Origin: Calcarisporiella thermophila CBS 279.70
Lineage: Eukaryota; Fungi; Calcarisporiellomycota
Length of the DNA: 64,000 nucleotides
NCBI RefSeq assembly: GCF_041956535.1
Contig: NW_027192204.1
Span: forward strand, 499,140-563,139
Direction of reading: 5' to 3'
Positions 61,852 to 64,000 of the stretch are shown here, piece after piece. The number at the start of each line of letters is the position of its first letter. Position 1 is the stretch's first letter. Under the pieces are notes generated by a model, which worked only from the letters and a program-made list of their open reading frames with translations, was not told the origin of the DNA and did not search any database. The translations under genes and the position numbers were made by a program.

Positions 61852-63246
61852 ATGGTGCAATACAGCTCCACTACTCGCGTCACTGCCGATGCCGCATCCA
61901 TCGCAAGTAGGCAAGCTGAGCCCAAGTATACCAAGCCAACCCATACCCGTCGTTTCTATATCTACTGGCTGACTTCCCTCTTGCTCACGCTCGCAATCCT
62001 TGCGCTGGCCTCCTACCGGTCGGGCTCGGTGGTACGTGTCCTGCTCAACCAGGTGCCCAAACATCCACAACTGATGTTTGGGCGCTTTCTAATCCGTGGC
62101 AAGCATCCTACGCAAAGCTTTGCCTATGCATGGCGGCTCAAATCCAATGATCGCATGCTCGCGCGGATTTCCGCCTGGATGGGTTACATTGTGCACCAGC
62201 TCGGCCAATGGGGGGTCCTGTATTTAGTGCATCGGAAGGGAGTGGCGTGGGGGAATCACTACGGCCCCCTCAACTGGCTGATGGTGGGGGTCAATGGATT
62301 CGGGGTCGCTTACAAATTCATCCAGTGCCACTGGCTCTATGGTGGCCTGGCAGAAGATTTTCCCGAGGCCATGGCACAGGCCTCGGTTGTGATGTGGATT
62401 CCCATCGTGATGCTCATGGAGATGCCAAGGTAGATGGAGATGTCGTTCTTGTCGGGTGTGTGCGGATGTATGCTAATTCCATCCCTTTCCTCATTATGGC
62501 ATGGATATCTCTCTAGGCGCGGCTTGGTCCTCGGGAACATCAAGAGATTTGCGTCGTCGAGCGAAATCGTGGCCTTCTTCCGCAAGTACCACGGATACGT
62601 GATCAGGTAAGCCACACTTCGCACCATTTGCCCAGTCGATCCTGTGAAACGAACCCACATGAGAAACACTAGCTTCGGGGTTACGTTTACCTTCCACTAT
62701 CACCCCCTGGAGGGCACGCTGGGACACTTGAGCGGCTTCTTCTACATGTTCCTCATGCTGTTTGGCCAGACGACCAATTTCGGTGTTCACGATCACCGCA
62801 ACCGATCGTGGACCCTCGCGCTCGAGACGCTTGTGTGGCTGCACGCCGTGCTCACCGCGCTGCTGCAGACCGGCCCCCCGACGACCATCTTCTTTGGCGG
62901 GTTCTTCACGCTCTTCTGCCTGTGCCAGTTCCACGGTGCGCCGTTCCTCTCCGGCCAAAGGCACCGGCTGCCCATCCTGCTGGGGGCGTGGCTGACGGTG
63001 CTGGGGGCGTGGCTGACCGCGACCAATGCATGGAGGAGGGCCTTCATGGCTGTGTTCATCCCGCTGTCGGAGTATTTCTATGTGCTGTGCTATGCGGTGG
63101 CCTTTTTCGCGGGCCGGCGGGTGTACGCTCGGCTTCCTCGCGGGTGGGTCGCGGTGGTGCTGAGTGCGCTGGTGAGCGCCCTGATGCTGGTGCTCATCGT
63201 GTACTCGCTGGGGGGGAACCTGTCGGTGGTGAACGACGAGTACTGA
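61852..63246 (+). CDS. Uncharacterised multi-pass His-rich membrane protein (3 exons)
   Basis: Spliced frame with SAWMGYIVHQ, LYGGLAED, LMEMPR|RGL, RKYHGY, FHYHPLEGTLGHLSGFFY, LETLVWLHA; about 9-10 hydrophobic segments. Confidence 0.75.
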
Positions 63247-64000
63247 GCATCGGGTGGCTTGTGCCAGGCGCGGAGTCGCATGCGCCGCTTAATTTATTTG
63301 CTTATTTATTTGGATTGTTGATAGCGCTTGTAACATGTAATTATACCGTTGAGAGCCTTGTTTGACGTCGCAAAACAAGGTTCGATCACATAATTAATTT
63401 CATTGGCTCAAACACCAGTGTGCCCCACTGGAGAGCATCGGTTTCCCGAGGCTTTTTATTTATCGACGTGGTGCGGGGAAGGATTGAGTGGTGTCTTTAA
63501 CCCTCATTTCCTCGCCCTAGCTCTCCACCCGATCGGCCGAGTCTCCCCTAAGCAAACCACCGGCCCACTATCCGGCCTCCCCCCTCATTTCCCCGCCCCT
63601 TGCATCGTTTATCCCGATGTTTGGCCGTTGGCCTCCTCTCTCGCCCGCCTTCTCTTTCCTCTCTGCCTCCTTCCATGCTAGCAATGTGCCTGTGATTCCA
63701 TAGTACTTTTTCTCTGGTTGCTGTTTCCCTCCTTCCTTTCCTTCCTCCCCCCCCCAGCCCATAGCTTTCCTCAGTTGTATTTCTTGTCATCTTGTCTTCT
63801 CTGATCCGATTGCATCCAAAGAGCCAGAGTGTAGATGGCCGACGCTCCATTCCCGCACTACGCTCGAAGGCGAGGCCCTTATCCGTTCCGAGACGATTCG
63901 CCCCCGCTGGAGCCCCCCCCTCTTGTTCCCCCATCCTCCCACTATGCCACCACGTCCTCCTCTTCGTCCGCGCCCTCATTCTACACAATCCTTACGCCGC

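Noticed and set aside
1-64000. tRNA/rRNA genes, CRISPR arrays, intact transposons or a biosynthetic gene cluster
   Set aside because: The few GGTTCG(A) hits lack cloverleaf context; no regular repeat-spacer array, transposase/RT ORF or NRPS/PKS was seen. The mitochondrial genes (ODC, YFH1, PIC2, MSH1) are interspersed with unrelated genes and do not form a cluster.

Overview
Eukaryotic, gene-dense genomic DNA with short (mostly about 50-110 nt) spliceosomal introns. It most likely comes from an early-diverging fungus (Mucoromycota/Zoopagomycota-type; inferred from gene content and a minor-spliceosome intron). By manual splicing I read about 22 protein-coding genes: PTR2 peptide transporter, ODC carrier, a long coiled-coil protein, MVD1, an HSF-family TF, SAD1/USP39, POP5, a low-complexity unknown, BLM10/PA200, a giant chromatin-reader/N6-adenine-type methyltransferase fusion, a TBC1D20/GYP8 GAP, an alpha/beta hydrolase, frataxin, INO80, a GT32 glycosyltransferase, a PKA catalytic subunit, THO1/SAP protein, an FSH1 hydrolase, the mitochondrial phosphate carrier, MSH1, a p22phox/NoxD homologue and a His-rich membrane protein. 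There are two N-gaps. Highlights: (1) a ~7 kb, ~18-intron gene fusing 4 Tudor/chromo-barrel repeats, AT-hooks, 2 ZZ fingers, an extended PHD and a GATA finger to a bacterial-type amino-methyltransferase (NFLGRGT...HPPY), followed by a KRI motif and a second, apparently inactive MTase domain, i.e. a candidate chromatin-guided 6mA writer; (2) a U12-type AT-AC intron in the TBC gene; (3) a p22phox/NoxD protein missed by the ORF track, head-to-head with an uncharacterised His-rich membrane protein. All family calls come from motif recognition, not database searches.
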